A stretch of 64,000 nucleotides of DNA from Tubulanus polymorphus (taxonomy: Eukaryota > Animalia > Nemertea): contig NC_134028.1 of NCBI RefSeq assembly GCF_964204645.1, forward strand, positions 26,842,345-26,906,344. Reading direction: 5' to 3'. Below are positions 26,151 through 41,730 of the stretch, piece after piece. Position 1 is the stretch's first letter; each line of letters begins with the position of its first letter. The notes beneath the pieces are model-generated. The model searched no databases, was not told where the DNA came from, and saw nothing but the letters and a program-made list of their open reading frames with translations. The translations under genes were made by a program, and so were the position numbers.

Positions 26151-29100
26151 TGCCTTTTCAATGGCTTATCTAATACCGAATTTGACGGTATGCGTTTTAG
26201 AATTTCGATGATACAAGGACAAGCAGGCAGTCGTAGCCATGGCCTTACTCCGCATTGCTTTTCCTAAAGATTTTTTTCTAATAACGTATCAAATGATTTC
26301 TATTACTGAAAGTTCAACTTCCTATATTTTCCCTCGATGCTGATATTACACACACTAAAGTAACCCTTTGAGAACGAAGGCAGATATGTCGGTCCATATC
26401 GAAGTTCGTTATTTCTACATATCTCAAAATTGATTTACCCAATGCTTATCAGGTCACATGTGAGATCTAAGCTATACATTGATAGTCTCATCTTCATCTT
26501 AAGAGACCATTCACACAGATATTATTTATACAGCATACAGCATTCTCTGATATACATGATGTCTATGGCAAATACCGATAATATTTGTTTCCAATACTTA
26601 ACGAACAGAGTTTGCATGTATAGAATTTCTATGGCGATCGGTCAATAGGGATTAACAGCAGTCGAATGGACTCACTCTGAACTATTCGACGAATTATTTT
26701 ATCACTCTCGTGGAAAATAAAACGTTTTGAATCGACATTTCAGGATTCCAACCCGACCTCTCAATTGATCGTTACCTCACCATCACGTAATGAGGTATAT
26801 TTCGTTTGGAAGTTTTTGTTGAATTCATATAGAAATACCATATTAATTTTATCATGCCCCATCGAGAAGTAGTCAGAATCTCTTGAACGCTGTCCCAACT
26901 TTTCCAAACTTAATTATTTCGTCTACAGTTCTTATTGTTTACAGAGCAATGAAATAAAAGTTATCTATGAACCTCGCGAACACTTACAAATATCCATTAA
27001 CCAAGCACGTCTAAATCCATAGCACGATATATACTGTATCTGCTATATTCCCAACCGATCTCGCTACGTATTCAATCAAATGGATGGACATTGTATGTAT
27101 TATATACATTATTATGATTATTAATTCATATCTGTCTGGAGGAGGCAGCAGCAAACATCTATTGTCAAAGGGAATGGTTTGCATTGAAAGAGATCCTCGG
27201 ATAAGTGTATATTCTATAGCCTGGACAGAACTTCCTTCTCAATGGAATAAAGTCGATTTCTCCTACTACAGCTCGACGTCCATACGCCGGAAACGTGCTC
27301 TTTGATGAGTGCATTAGGCAAAAGAGCAAAAATCGTTGCCAGCTCGACGACGGAGCGACGACGGATCTGTTCGCGTTTCGTTTACGATTCGGTTTTAGAT
27401 ATTTGATAACCGTGTGAACTTCTTGCTTACACTTCAAAACACGCAATACTCCCCTCGACGATCACGTGACGACGTTCATTTCCGGTAAGTCGTGTCAGTG
27501 GAAGCTTCGTGAATTGATGAAAAGCTTTTTCTCGAGACGGTCGTAAATAAATTGTTCCGTTCCGTGAGTGGTTTATATAGACGAATGAATATACTATTGA
27601 AATGTTCATTACGAAGTGTCTTAAAGTGTTTGACTAGTTTTGAAATGTTATACCTTCCGAAATAGCGGACGCAAATCATGCAAGGTTTGTACAGATTAGC
27701 CAAACTCAGACGTGGAAAATAGAGATTACATGTTTAAAATTCAATAATAAGATAGTATTTAAGTAATAAATTTCGCTTTTAATCTTTTAAATCGTTTTGT
27801 ATATAGTGGGTTTTGATATACATGTATCTAACCTCGACTAAGGAGTACCGGGTACCCCCCCCTTCTTCGACAGACTGATACTAAGCTATGAAGAAGATAA
27901 ACGCCGGAGCCGTAGAGAAGTTGGGAGAGAGAAAATAACCAATTAATCAAAAGACAATATTCGCGACCCGACTCTTTCTGGCTCTCGACGTGCTAGAAAC
28001 ACGAATGAACTAAACATTGATTGACTGAAGGCACAAGAGGCGAATGTAATAGAAATCTACGTACGTATCCAGACAACAAAGATTGTGTTGAACGAAATAT
28101 AAATTAGGGCGCTGTTGTGGTATCGGGGTAGGTTGGGCGTTGACTATTCTCCTAGTTCCTGCACAGCAAACAATACTGGCCATACGTAAACTACGAAACG
28201 TTGCTGACTGCAGCAAATCCACTTCAACATTTGATGTTAGACAAATAGCAGCGGCTAATTCTTGTTTCTTGCAATGTTATCACAGATTTCGATTCGAAAA
28301 TTAACCTATGTGCGCTTTTACCCTAGACATTGTTTGCAAACAACGGCTAGGAAAAACAAACTGAGAGCACCACTAACGCCACGAAATAGTGACACCAGAA
28401 ACAAATAAAAAACACTTACTAAGACAGTGTGCTATAAAATTGTAGACATGACGTAAACGAATAGCTCAAGGTTATTTCTATGTTCAAGAAGCTTTGTTCT
28501 TTCTATGCGATAGTAGAGATGGCTTGACAGAACGACTGTAAGTAAGCGGAACGTCTTAGCCATTTTTCTTTAACCTCGCAGCTCCGTATATTGATTTTCC
28601 CTACGTAGAATATCTGATATCAAGCAAGAACATCTGAGATAAAATGGACGCGTCGCTATCATATTTCTGTCTTCATATATGCGTTTAATAACTGAGAGAA
28701 CTCTGCAAGCGCCCATTATCATGTACAGTCGTAGCTTCAAGTCCAGGTTCAGTCAAAAAGTGGTTTAAAATATGGATGTTTGGGTGTTTGTTGTAGAATT
28801 AATATATATTTCAACTTTCAATGAAACTTTTTGGCAGTCCTTAAATACAATGTAGACCTATATCAGGTACGTGCGTGTACAACCAAAAATGACTGAGTTA
28901 GGCCACCCAGCGTTCTTTCTAGCAAAATTGAAATATTATACATTAGAGGTCTTAGACTGGTTTTCAAAACATTGAGCCATGACATAATCGTCACTTCAGG
29001 TTTTAAGAGCTATTTTCCATTCTTAAAATGAGTTAAGACCAAACATTAGTTGACGTTATACCGATATATCACGCCGGGTAACTGTGCACACGTTGAAAAT

Positions 29101-31385
29101 GACGAATTCATTCCCGATCAAGCCCGCAAGTCACGAACCTTGGTCTTAGTGAAATTAACCGGTTCAGCACGGTAAGATGGCTGATACAACCACTTCCAGA
29201 ACTGGGTGAAGCCCTCGGTGTACCTGTTTCTTGTAGTTACCAATTACAACCATGTTGTTTTTTACTCAGGGATGGCTAGCTCTATGAGTCCATCTACAAA
29301 GTTCTTCGTCATACCAGTGATTTGATAGTATGTCGTACGTCCTGCGACGCTAGCGTGTAATTCACCGGTGGCGCCATTTGTCGTGAAATAATCGTAAAAT
29401 TGAATTCGCCGTCTGCTATTCAACCATTTTCATTGTAAGTAAACATCTTGATGATCGTTCAAATCGCATCCGGAAGAAAAATCAGCACCGCGCTCGCGTC
29501 GTTGTCGTCGATTGTCTGTGGCTGTACCGCACCGCACCGCGCGCTTATAGTCTAAGTGCAAATTACATTCGTGTTTGCATCAAATAGCCAAGCTTCGGGG
29601 TAAAACCGAGTAATTACTTTTTCACAGTCTTGAGAGAGGACTGCACGTACATGGGTGGCTTCGTACATTATTTTACTTGACGATATCAAGTACCAAGCAA
29701 TCTATAACGTGGTCAACATATATAGGCTGTATGTGTATGATCGTTATTCGCAAAATCTCGATTTTCTGGCCATCGCTACAGCAGCATGTCCCATAGAAAA
29801 AAGTATACCGAACTTTGCCTGTCTCTATATTTTCAATAATGATAATTTTTCTTTTCCTCTGTTCCAGAATGAAGACATTTTTCTGTTAAATGGACTATCT
29901 TTTTTTCATTCTCTTCGCGGATGACTTGAGTATCATGGCTTTAAAGAATAGCCTCTTCTATCTTTATATCCACTGGAGGTCAACGAGGCAGTATATAGAT
30001 CTAATGTAATACAAAGAACTGAAAATATGACGATCGAATCTGATACACAGCAAACTTTGTAGAAAGACACGTCAAGGCAACGTTTATTATCAATTAATAA
30101 AACTGATTAATAATATGCAGATATAATATGCATATACACGTAATCTGTGACCACCTCGTGATTCGAATACTCGAAATAACACGATCAGGTTCGAATCCCA
30201 GTAATATTTTATATATTTAATATTCCCTGACATGACATTACATAAACATTTCGATCTTCATTAATAAGCCGTCAATATTCAAGGTCAGTTCTTTTGGTTC
30301 GAACAGTGATTTTCTAAAAGAAATGTTAGGCCTATCTTCCAGGAAAAAATATCAACATATATCACCCTAAAATCACCTCAGAATTAACAGTCAACTGCCC
30401 TTTTATTCTGGTCCGGTTAAGGCTCTGCTAAAACTAGGCCACCCGGGGTCCTCTCAAACTACGTTTTAAGATAGACATTAGCTATTACACCATATGAGCA
30501 AAATACATAGACAAGATACGGGGAGCTGTATAGCAATTGTCGAAGTTTGTCTGGTCAGATGACCAGTAAGGGATGTAGGGCGTTATTATTATAATTCTGA
30601 TAAGGATCTAAAGTTCATTTTCTAATTATTTTCCAAATAAGAAAAGATACGTCGCGTCCATTTAAGATTATGTGAAACTTAAAAGACGTTTCAATGAAAA
30701 ATGAAACCAATAATTAGAAACCGCATACATACACACGCATACAACATTCATACATTTTACCATTAAGCAATATTCGATAGTCTTACTATTTGCAACAGCG
30801 ATTTGCTATATAAACCCGTATCAAATTGAACTTGCGTGAATTGTGCGAAAAACTGCCAAAAATTCAAATACGTACAGGCTAACATTGAAACCACTATTAG
30901 ACCCATCACGATATTCATTATTGTTATATAGTAAATAGATTATTGATTAGACCGCTTCTGTCCGTTCAAAATAACAGCAATCTCAAATGTATGGATATTT
31001 CAATATCTTCTTAATGAGAGGCACGATATGAACGCATTAACGAATCGTAGAAACGTGTTCGAAGAGTACATATAATGATTATGTATAGACGTGGATGAGA
31101 TTCAGTTAAAAAAAATTCAAATTTATTCCCCCTGCTACATCTTGATTTACGAACGTCATTCTGATATCTGGAAATAAAAGATTACAGCAAAGATACAGTA
31201 TTCAACGTAGTAACGCGTGAATGTATACATCTAATAGCGAGTAATCATTGGTCATCACTATTCATATCAATTTCATCAAAATGTTCAATCCTTATTTACG
31301 CATACGCAATAACTAAGCGAAACAATTCGATCGTATCAATACCTTGAATACATGTTTATAACAGGGATCAATACACAACCCTACA

Positions 31386-31720
31386 GACATTCACCGTTAA
31401 GTAGCGTCAAGTGTGGATGATCAGTTTTTGAAAGTGCGCCGATAAAAATGTTCAATGTCTGGTGGTAGTTCATCTTCGATCAAAAATGTGTCAGCTGCAG
31501 CGCTGAACACATCGCTGAAGTGTAAACGTGTCATATGTCTGGTGTTTGTAGTTCATTTTCAATCAAAAATGTTTCACGCGAAGTTCTAGTTTGTCACGTG
31601 AAATAAATCCACTTGGAGAAGAGTGATTCAGTATTGAATGTTGGTCCTAGGCAGAGGATTGTCTGGACGGTGCGGGCGGCAATATGTCTGAGGTGGGGCG
31701 GGCTTTAGGCTGACGAGAAA
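31386..31720. repeat. Old dispersed repeat (family E), copy 1, with an internal duplication
   Basis: GACATTCACC...AGTGTGGATGATCAGTTTTTGA...GGTGTTTGTAGTTCATTTTCAA...AAAATGTT...ATGTCTGAGG is colinear with 46127-46310. Confidence 0.65.
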
Positions 31721-32058
31721 CAGGATCCAGCGAACAGATTTATACATTTGATACCGTACATTGAGCCTGATAAATACGACCCTTGCCTGAAATTTCAAGC
31801 TGTTTTTATTCTATACTAACTATCATCATCGACATCATCGACATCAACATCATCAACATCATCGACATCAACACGGAACTAAATGAATAGAAGTTTTATC
31901 CGTGAATAGTTCAAAGCAATAGTGTTACCATAGAAACGGATATTTGATATCTTCAGATAGAAAAGTGTTTAATTAAGACGTGTGGTCACATTCTTACTCA
32001 AAACAGGTCAAGTCTTCGAATTTTATTAAGGTACGTTCGGAAAGCCTTTTACCTCCGT

Positions 32059-32220
32059 GATTCTCAACTCGGTGAAATATTTATTTACAGTTTTATCTAT
32101 AGCGAGTTTCCCGATTCTCAACTCGATATCCGGTCAATTCGAATGGATTATTTACAGCAGTCCCAACACGCTACCGAGTTCCCTGATTCTCAACTCAGTG
32201 AAATATTTACAGCAGTCTCC
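32059..32220. repeat. Imperfect local triplication around GATTCTCAACTC...TTTACAG
   Basis: Three GATTCTCAACTC copies with shared flanking segments. Confidence 0.75.
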
Positions 32221-32699
32221 TCGACAAAAGCTCGCATTTTCTAATAGAATCAGTTAACCTTCACAGTACAACCCGTTTCATGGTTTGATTAGATTACGCG
32301 GTTGTAATGGATTCTCTATAGCTCATCTAGTCACTGCTCGTCATATGGAATATGCTATCATATTTTTCTTATAATCCGTTGAATGGAAATCGGATGTCAC
32401 TGATGCCGGAAAACAGATATTATCGACGAGCCCCGCAGGGAAGCGATTAAAACTAAAAATAAAAAGCTTCAAAAGCTACAAGTCATTCGTGTGGAACTTC
32501 GATACGCAGTTCTTATACTGGAACTGATTCCGAGATCCGAGATGCGCAAATTGAAGCGAGACGCACAATCAATAATGAACAAATGTCTGTTCATTGCGGG
32601 TGCCAGGCATTCATGAAAATGATAATTTGTTTAGTCTTTTAATGACAGTTATCTTCATTTTTGATTAGATGATCACAAAGGCATTACCTCTTGAATCCA

Positions 32700-32811
32700 A
32701 AAACCTTCACTAAGAACCCTAGTGTCTGATGTACCACAGTGGGTTACACTAGGATCGTAGAGCGACGGAGATCACTGTGGAGGGACAACCACTGCCAGCA
32801 GGACTGGGTGA
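32700..32811 (+). repeat. Dispersed repeat (family F, possibly a SINE body), copy 1
   Basis: TACACTAGGATCGTAGAGCGACGGAGATCACTGT...GACAACCACTGCCAG nearly matches 62299-62351. 32701-32738 matches 62172-62208. Confidence 0.8.
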
Positions 32812-33183
32812 ACAAAAAACCAAGCATCAGTAAACAACTGTCGGTGTCTTATTATGTTTTGATGAGCACAATTTTGTACGTTCGTTGTATTTTCTATAGT
32901 CAAAAATGATGATTTTAATGTTGCCTCTTCCTGTTGGGCAAAAAATTGATGCATTGTTTCCATATTTCTGCTGCGCTGGTCGCCTATCTGCCCTGTACAT
33001 CACTTTTGTTTAAAAAAAAAATCATGATCAAGCTAACCATAACTGACCCGGCAATTATAGAAATGAACTGATCACAAATTATCTTGCGATTTAGAAAAAT
33101 GATCCGTCCGATTAGGAGAAACAAGGTATCGTTTTCAGCCTTATTGTTTGATAACAGGAATCTGATTAGTCTATAGTTCTCTC

Positions 33184-33216
<33 letters not shown>

Positions 33217-36200
33217 CTTCCTAAATTCTATTCTGAAAATTACTTCATTTATTACAAGTCCCCGAGATTAAACAGTCGAGAGCGTATTTAATTGAACTTC
33301 ACAAGTTTTCAATAGGCCACAAGAGATACATTTTCACCGTCGTTTCAGAATGAATTTTGCAATTACGAATTCATTTCCTATTACGCAGTTTTGTAATATA
33401 TCACCGTATTGTATCGTTCCCTCGAGGTGCAACCGAAAAACTACGAGAAGTCTATCATTCATCACGCATCCATAGACGTAAAACTTTTTAAACACGCGAG
33501 TATATGCATGCCCGTTGAGTAGAGGGGGTGGGGCTTAGAGGGTTACGAGAAATCACTAAAAAATCCGAAAACGATCCACTTTTTGAAAACTGAATTTTCA
33601 TAAATCAAGAATAATAATGATAGACTTGACACCTATATAGACTTGACACCTCCCTAGGCCTACATGTTCGTATGAACTCCACAAGGGACCTGCGATTACG
33701 AGCGTGCTTCTAATAGATTCTGCATTGGTTTCGTATTACTTCACTTGATAAAAACTGTTAATTTTCTACCCCCAAAAAATGACAACAACAACCGCCATAA
33801 ATATATAATCCACACTAATAAACTATTGGACACGTTTCACGCCTGATAATCTAACGTTGAGAGGTAAAATCGTCCACTCGAGGTTTCTCTCTGACGCTGT
33901 AGTTTTTAATGTTTAACTGCCACTCGTTAAATAAGCTTCGATATGCAATTAAAGAGGTTTTCGAATAGCGCGTGCTGGTTGAAGAGTTTTCCAGTAAACA
34001 CGTCTTGTGGAACAGTCGCTAAAGCGGCACCCGGTTATTTCCATGCCACTTTCACCAATCGTATAGGAACATACGCGCGGTACGTAAGCGCCTAAATTAC
34101 TTGGCAAAATTTATGTTTGTTCTTTGTTCGTTCCGTTGTTACGCGGTAACGTTAATATTTTATACGTCGGACGTTGTTACGTTCAATGGAATATCCGGGG
34201 AATTTATGGTGTCAGTCGGAACACAATCAGGGGCGTTATCACCGATCACTGATCTTTTATGTAAAGAATAATTCGCCTCGACTCAACAGCAGAAAATACA
34301 GCGCAACGTCGCAAGTTTATACATCGATAAGCTTGTTAATAAAAGACGCGGTATCGTTGTTATCTGAAGTGCTGACAAAATCCTAATTTTCAAAATATCG
34401 ATTCATTAAATTAGTTTATTAGGCGAACACATGCGCATTGTTTCTTCTGGTCGGGTCGTTTTGTAAACCTCAATAGAATTTGTAATCAGTTCATTTCTAA
34501 AGCAGCCGGGTCCGTTAGTGTTAGCTAGATCATGATTTAAAAAAAAAATGTTCAGGTTAGCAGAAATGAAAAACAAGGACGGTATCGACTCCTTTAGCCT
34601 AACGTACAAAATATATATAATACCCAGTCAGTCGCTCGCTGGAAAATTGTTTAGAAGTTCCGACATTTCCAATTATGTACTTCGGTACAAAATATTTTTT
34701 AGTTTAGCCATTCGTGTAAGGCCGTAAATAGCTGAGGTGATGCACAAACTAGAGCCGGTAGTGTAGCATAGCTAGCTGGTGGCTACCGCCGCTGGGCTTC
34801 CTAGTAATCGCATTATTCAAATTCGATTAAACCAGAAATGATCAAATTATCAGTGGATCCGCTGTGACTAAATTTCACAACGATTCGTATTCAACGGTAG
34901 CACTGATAACAACAGTTGCCATTCTGAGATGAGAGTAAAATTAGAATCATCTTTTTCAATCGAAAGTGGTTGCGTTATGTTGCAGATTGTTTCATGCGTG
35001 CTCCATTCATCAGAGCTATTCTCGAAGCGATCGGTGTTTAAATAGAACGACGACGTTTTCGATCAATCTAGCCGGTGATGACGGTTAAATTCGATCATCA
35101 TACCGTAAGACAATCCATCCGTCGAGAATCCACAGAAGATTTAGTAACATTTATGCGGCGAAGACAAACTGAGACGTCTTGAAGAAAAATTGACGTAGAA
35201 AACTAAATGAGCATTTGGCGTCTCGATCTAATACAGTTCTTGAAAATTGGACCACAGAATCGGGACGAAACTTCAAATGTGTTCGTTTAGCTTTTCTTTA
35301 TTGTTGTCGGTTTTTACGTAAAGTACTATTAGACAATGGAGACTTCTTTGATATTATCCATTCAAAGAAAAACTTATCGAGCACAATTATTACGTGTATT
35401 CATTCGATATTACTTTATCTCTGGAAATAGTTGGGAAGGTGAACATTGAACGTTTCGGGGACAGCGAGCACTTGTTGGAATTGAACGGGCACTTTGTCGT
35501 ATTATCGCGATATTTCACCAACACGACATGAATCATATAAAATCGATTGAATCGTGACTTTGCGTCAATTTAAACAAAAGGTCTGGATGTTGTTTTAGTT
35601 CAGTCCACATGTCCAGAGTCAGGAAAGTTCACAATCAGAATTGGATATTAGTTGATGTCGCTGACACAAGTAAACAAAACCGATACGAATTCACGCTGTC
35701 CCTAGCTTCGCAAACTTCTATACGAAATCTATTCAAGTTCTCGACAAAATCCGTCGTAGGTGTCGGTATCGTTTTCGATATGAGTGAGCTTATCAAGATA
35801 AATTACATTATCTGCGCTGAAACCGGGGTTTATGAAAATAAGCTTCCTACGAACAGCCACCAGCTAGCTCGCTGTCCATCACTCAGTAGCGGTAATGACT
35901 TCGAATTCACAGGCTACCAATAATACCTTCTAATATATCAGCAGTAATACTGTCAGGACACGTGACAGTATCAAAGCACACATACTGTTTGACAGATCTA
36001 CCTGTGATCTGAGTGTAATTGATACATGTTTGGAATGACTACACAATAACAAAGATCGGATTATTATTCTGGAAATCCTTCTGGAATACAAGATTATATT
36101 GAGTTTAAAAAAGTCGTTAGAATGGAATAACCGAACGTATCTCTCTGTCCGGGTAAAGGATAGGCTACCATTCTACCAGTGTTATACCTGCACTAGTTTA

Positions 36201-37124
36201 ACCATGAACTTTCAAACAAATCCTTTATAACACCTAAAATTACCAGGCTCCTTGACCGGCGCGTTATAACAAGCTTTCACTGCATTCATTTTACTAGAAA
36301 ACCATTAAGTTAAAACATGAAGATTCACTTCAAATTGAACACAAACCGCTATTCTTTAGGTTTTAGATACAAATGATTTTTTTTGTAAACATCGAGAAAC
36401 CGATTAGAAGCGCTATACGACATCAGACTCGAGATGATTGAAGTATGATTTATAATGCAGAAACTTCACTCATTGATATTCTGTTTACTAGCGGCGGTGA
36501 TACAAACACCGGGTTACAGAGCATAGCATCCATCCGTCGCTTCGAATCACACGTGGGCAATGACCGAAAACTTGTCGACGGAAAGTATGTTAAATATTTC
36601 ATCATTTCACACGGCAAAATTCTAACGCGCATCATTGATGATTCTGGGAGCGAGAAGGAGGCAGTGTGGAATATATGAGTTACACGCATCGCCGATGATT
36701 CGAGTTGTGGTAAGATGCAAAGTCCCAAAGACATAATGAAATGATGTCGTCGCTAAAGGGCCCAGTTGCGCACGATCTTAATTTCTAAGACTGCTCTAAG
36801 CTTCTGACTTGTTAGATGAGTCATAGAACTCACAGGGGCTCGAATAAGAGCCGTAAGTACTACAAGATCGAAAATGCGTTAAATCAGGGTCTAAGTATAC
36901 AAGTTTGTACAGTCGAAAGTAACTTCGAAACGTATTGCTATTTTCCATTATGGAACCCCTATTTCCACTGGTCAAACTGAACTCACCGCTACCAAATCGG
37001 CATTTCATGTGTCTGCAATATTGATACCAAACTAAGATTATGATCCTGATACGATAATCTCAGAAGCTGAAGTCCCAGTGGCCATAACTCTGCGATAGAT
37101 CGACTCTATGGCTGCCATTAGTTA

Positions 37125-37188
37125 AAAATGAACGTGTATTCGGAAATATATGTGGGAAAATGAACGTGTATTCGGAAATATATGTGGG
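37125..37188. repeat. Perfect 32-bp tandem duplication
   Basis: AAAATGAACGTGTATTCGGAAATATATGTGGG x2. Confidence 0.95.
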
Positions 37189-38768
37189 CCTTCATATATT
37201 GTAACCGTACTGGAGCCTGGAAGTGTTTCTGCGAATCATCATTATGCGTTTTACGTAAAAATACCGGTCGGTGTTCGCATACAGATATACGACGAGTAGA
37301 CTACACGAGAGACGTAGATACTCATAGAGAACTTCTTCTTCTCTTCTTCACAATTCCCAAGATCCGAATTAACGAAACGTTCTCAACAACAGCGTCAGTC
37401 TGTACACTTTCTGACTCCCGAACACAAAGCAATGTCAACCCATTAAATTAATGGTATCCAGACATTCCATTTGATGCTTCCTTCAAACACGTGAAGCGCC
37501 GGTGAAGAAGAAGGCTTTTATTCGCACCGGAGGGCAACGGATCCATCTTCACCGCCGAGTTGAATATCTAAAGCGTGGGCTAGAATTAGGGATAAGACGT
37601 TGAATCGTTTCGTTGATGAGGAAGAAATTGTCCCGAGCCGATTTCATTAATGCCTGTTAAATACGTTATAATACGTATCTATAAATACGTTTCTAAGAAG
37701 AATATTCTATATTCGGTTCGTTTTCGACGACGACGACGACGAGTGTAGGAGGCGCGAACAAATACAGCTTTATCACTCTTTATTTGGAATCACAATAACA
37801 GAAATATCGAAATGAAAGTATATAATTATCAGTAGTGACGGGTTTTACAGCCTGGTTGTGATTTCAGATTGTCGAGTCGGATTCCAGCGAGAATATATCG
37901 AATTCACATTGACATTATACGAAGGTTCGATGAAAGCTAACGCGATGAACTAAGTATAAATTAAGGAGAAACCTCGGTGTTAATGTAAAATATTCCGAGT
38001 GTAGCATTTGATTCAATTAGAATTACCGCTGTCTAATGAAGCCCCATCGAGCACTTTAATGGAAAACACGAAAGACCTACGTAATCGCTACTATAATAAA
38101 CCGAGTCGGTATTCATCGTTTAGATGTAATTCGGGTTCCATACTCTTTGAAGATACCTTGTAAGTAATTACATCCAATCTTGGCGAGCAGCGCTCATAGG
38201 TTGAGGAAATACCTTCGATTGTAATATCTTCAATTTATGATATGAATTCGTATCCGGTTCAACTAATTAAAATGCACTTAAAAAAGAAACCGCGAGGATT
38301 TCGAGGTCAACCGAGTACATATTTTAGCGATTTAGTAGTGAAATTTATTAGATTTTGACAGGCAACGCTGCCTTTCGATCGCTTTTGATAAACTTCCGTG
38401 AATTCCTGTGTTTGAAACTCAGAGGTGCATTAAAATATCTCGACGAGGGAAAGTAAACTCGAGTACAAAGTAATCCTGTCATAGTCTGCGGCGCAAGGAA
38501 AAACCTACCGAGTGGAAACGTAAGGCTGATTAATGGGGCTGAATAAACTTCTGTTAACAAACACTGAACTTGAGCCGACAGAAGAGAAACGATGTATTCT
38601 ATCGTGTAAACTGTTTACAGGTATTTATTGCTATTGTTTGCGGTTGGACCTGTATACACCCCATCACTCAGCGATATCCGCACTTTATTTTATGAAAGAA
38701 ACCGTTTTGAACGTTGTTTTATTTTTATTCCGTGTAGCTCTGAATGAAGGTTACACGAATGGCTCTGA

Positions 38769-39577
<809 letters not shown>

Positions 39578-41634
39578 AGACAGTATCGAGGTAAGTGACT
39601 GATTGCTTTTTAATTGTTCAAGCGCTTATCATCGAAATTTGATCATGCGACGAATCATGCAATTGCGAATACAGCTCCGACAGCTTTGCGTAACGCAAGA
39701 AAAAAGAATCGATATCAAGTACTTAAACAACAGCCTCTTCTTACTAAGACAGTTTTTGCAATTTTTAGAATCGAACTTTTTCATTCGGAATATTCGTGCT
39801 ATTGTACGCCGGATATTCGTAATAAAAATGTAGATAACACTAAAAAACCGTAAATTGCACAAAGTAGATCTCCGTTCTACTGTCATTCATCTCAAACGAA
39901 AAATGGCCCCTTTAAATCGTCATTTTATTGATGTTCAGCACGAACCGGGCCTCGAATAAATATCCCATAAACAACGACTTCGTTTATCGACTGATGCCAT
40001 CAAACGGAGACAGCTTTCAAAGCGATAGAGCGATTCTAATTGTTTTATGCAATATACGCGTCTCCGAAAATTACTGACACAAGTAACAACGAACTAACGA
40101 TGTTTATTAGAAAGATTTCAGAGAAAATGATTTGACATTAACAACCTTGTGACTGCGATGAAACTCCCAAGACCCGGTACACCCCGACGCGCACGACTTA
40201 TAGTCATTGTAAAACCCATTATATACAGAATTTAAAAGCGAAATTTATTCATCAAGTGGCAAACTTTGTTAACTACTTCCGGTAATTGAAAAATCAAAAA
40301 TCAATTCGGATGTGACGTCACGAGTGTCGTAACAATACCTCTCTCAATCTCTGTATAGAAGCCGTCATTTACTTTCCGTGAAATTAATTTGTACTTCAAT
40401 TTGACATTGTAAAGCAGTGTTACGCGTTACCCTTAGATTTTCAAAAAAAGAAACAGAATGTTGTAAAGTTGAGTAATGTGCCACACACGAGTGCCACGAT
40501 GCCCTTGAAGTCGCGAAAACAAGATTTCTAACGACCGTACATAATGTCAATACAGATCTTCGGTTATAGAGACTACTGAGTTCTACTGTATTTTGATAGA
40601 ATCCCGTGTCAAAAACATGTCATCGTTTAATCACGTTTATTTGACATCGCGATCCGCGACATTAATTCAGCTCGTTTTTATTATGTTTACGTCTGCTAGG
40701 AATATCCCGAGACAAATCCACTGATAATAGGAACATATCCTGCAGAATTTCGATATGATTGTATTAATGAAGACACTCGCTATCGTGTACCCGACCAAGT
40801 ATGAAATTACCCTCGCGAATATCAATTACGTTACAACTCGCTCGCTCGCCTTCACCAGAACATGAATTTGTAAAAAAAAACGTATTAACTAAATCCAGCG
40901 AGGCTCCTGCGGATATACAGGCCGGATTGAACATCGAGTTTGAATATAATTTGGAAGATTTATCGTCAGAAAACGTCAGAAAATACGTAAACTACATTGC
41001 GTTTTAGCTTCATTTTCTGCAACGGATCCGAAAACTCGATGTATCGGAGACAAATATTGAATACTAGAATATAATTGTAAAATGTTGATGTATTTCTGCA
41101 ATGTTCACGTGTAAAACTAACAGCTATGATATACATGTATAAACTGTCCATTGTTGATTACTGTGTTTTCAGAACAGATAATTTACAATCATAGCTACAT
41201 TAACGATTAACAAGTTTAGACGTCAAATGATACATCATCAATTCCGGATTCGGTAAGAATACAATACGTATATTATATCTGTAGATATTGTCAATAGAAC
41301 GAGTAGAATTCAATAGAGAGTTCAGTATCGATGATATACAGCAGTGTGGAATACTGGCGAAGATGCGCCTTGAATTCTGACATTCTCTCGACGACGTTTC
41401 GAATTCCTATTATTGCTGCTTACGACACCGTACGGATTCATCAAAGTTTTATCTGATTATTGATAAGGGAAATATCGATCTAGTGTTGGTATAGCATACG
41501 TACATCACTCACACTACCAGACGATCAAACCACATTCTGCAACCAAAGATAACATAAGTCTGAACACTGTAAACACTAAACTCTTCTCAGAGACCGAATT
41601 ATTTGTATTTGCTCATGTATATTTGCGTGATTAG

Positions 41635-41730
41635 GTAAAAGTGGCCGATGCTATAGTCAGCCTTGCTTGAACGAGCTTAAATGATATCCCGTGAATGTGG
41701 GTTCGAACCCGGGCTGTGGTAGAATTTTAC
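41635..41730 (+). mobile_element. tRNA-derived SINE head fragment
   Basis: A-box-like TGGCCGATGC (41642) and B box GGGTTCGAACCC (41699-41710); no complete cloverleaf. Confidence 0.5.
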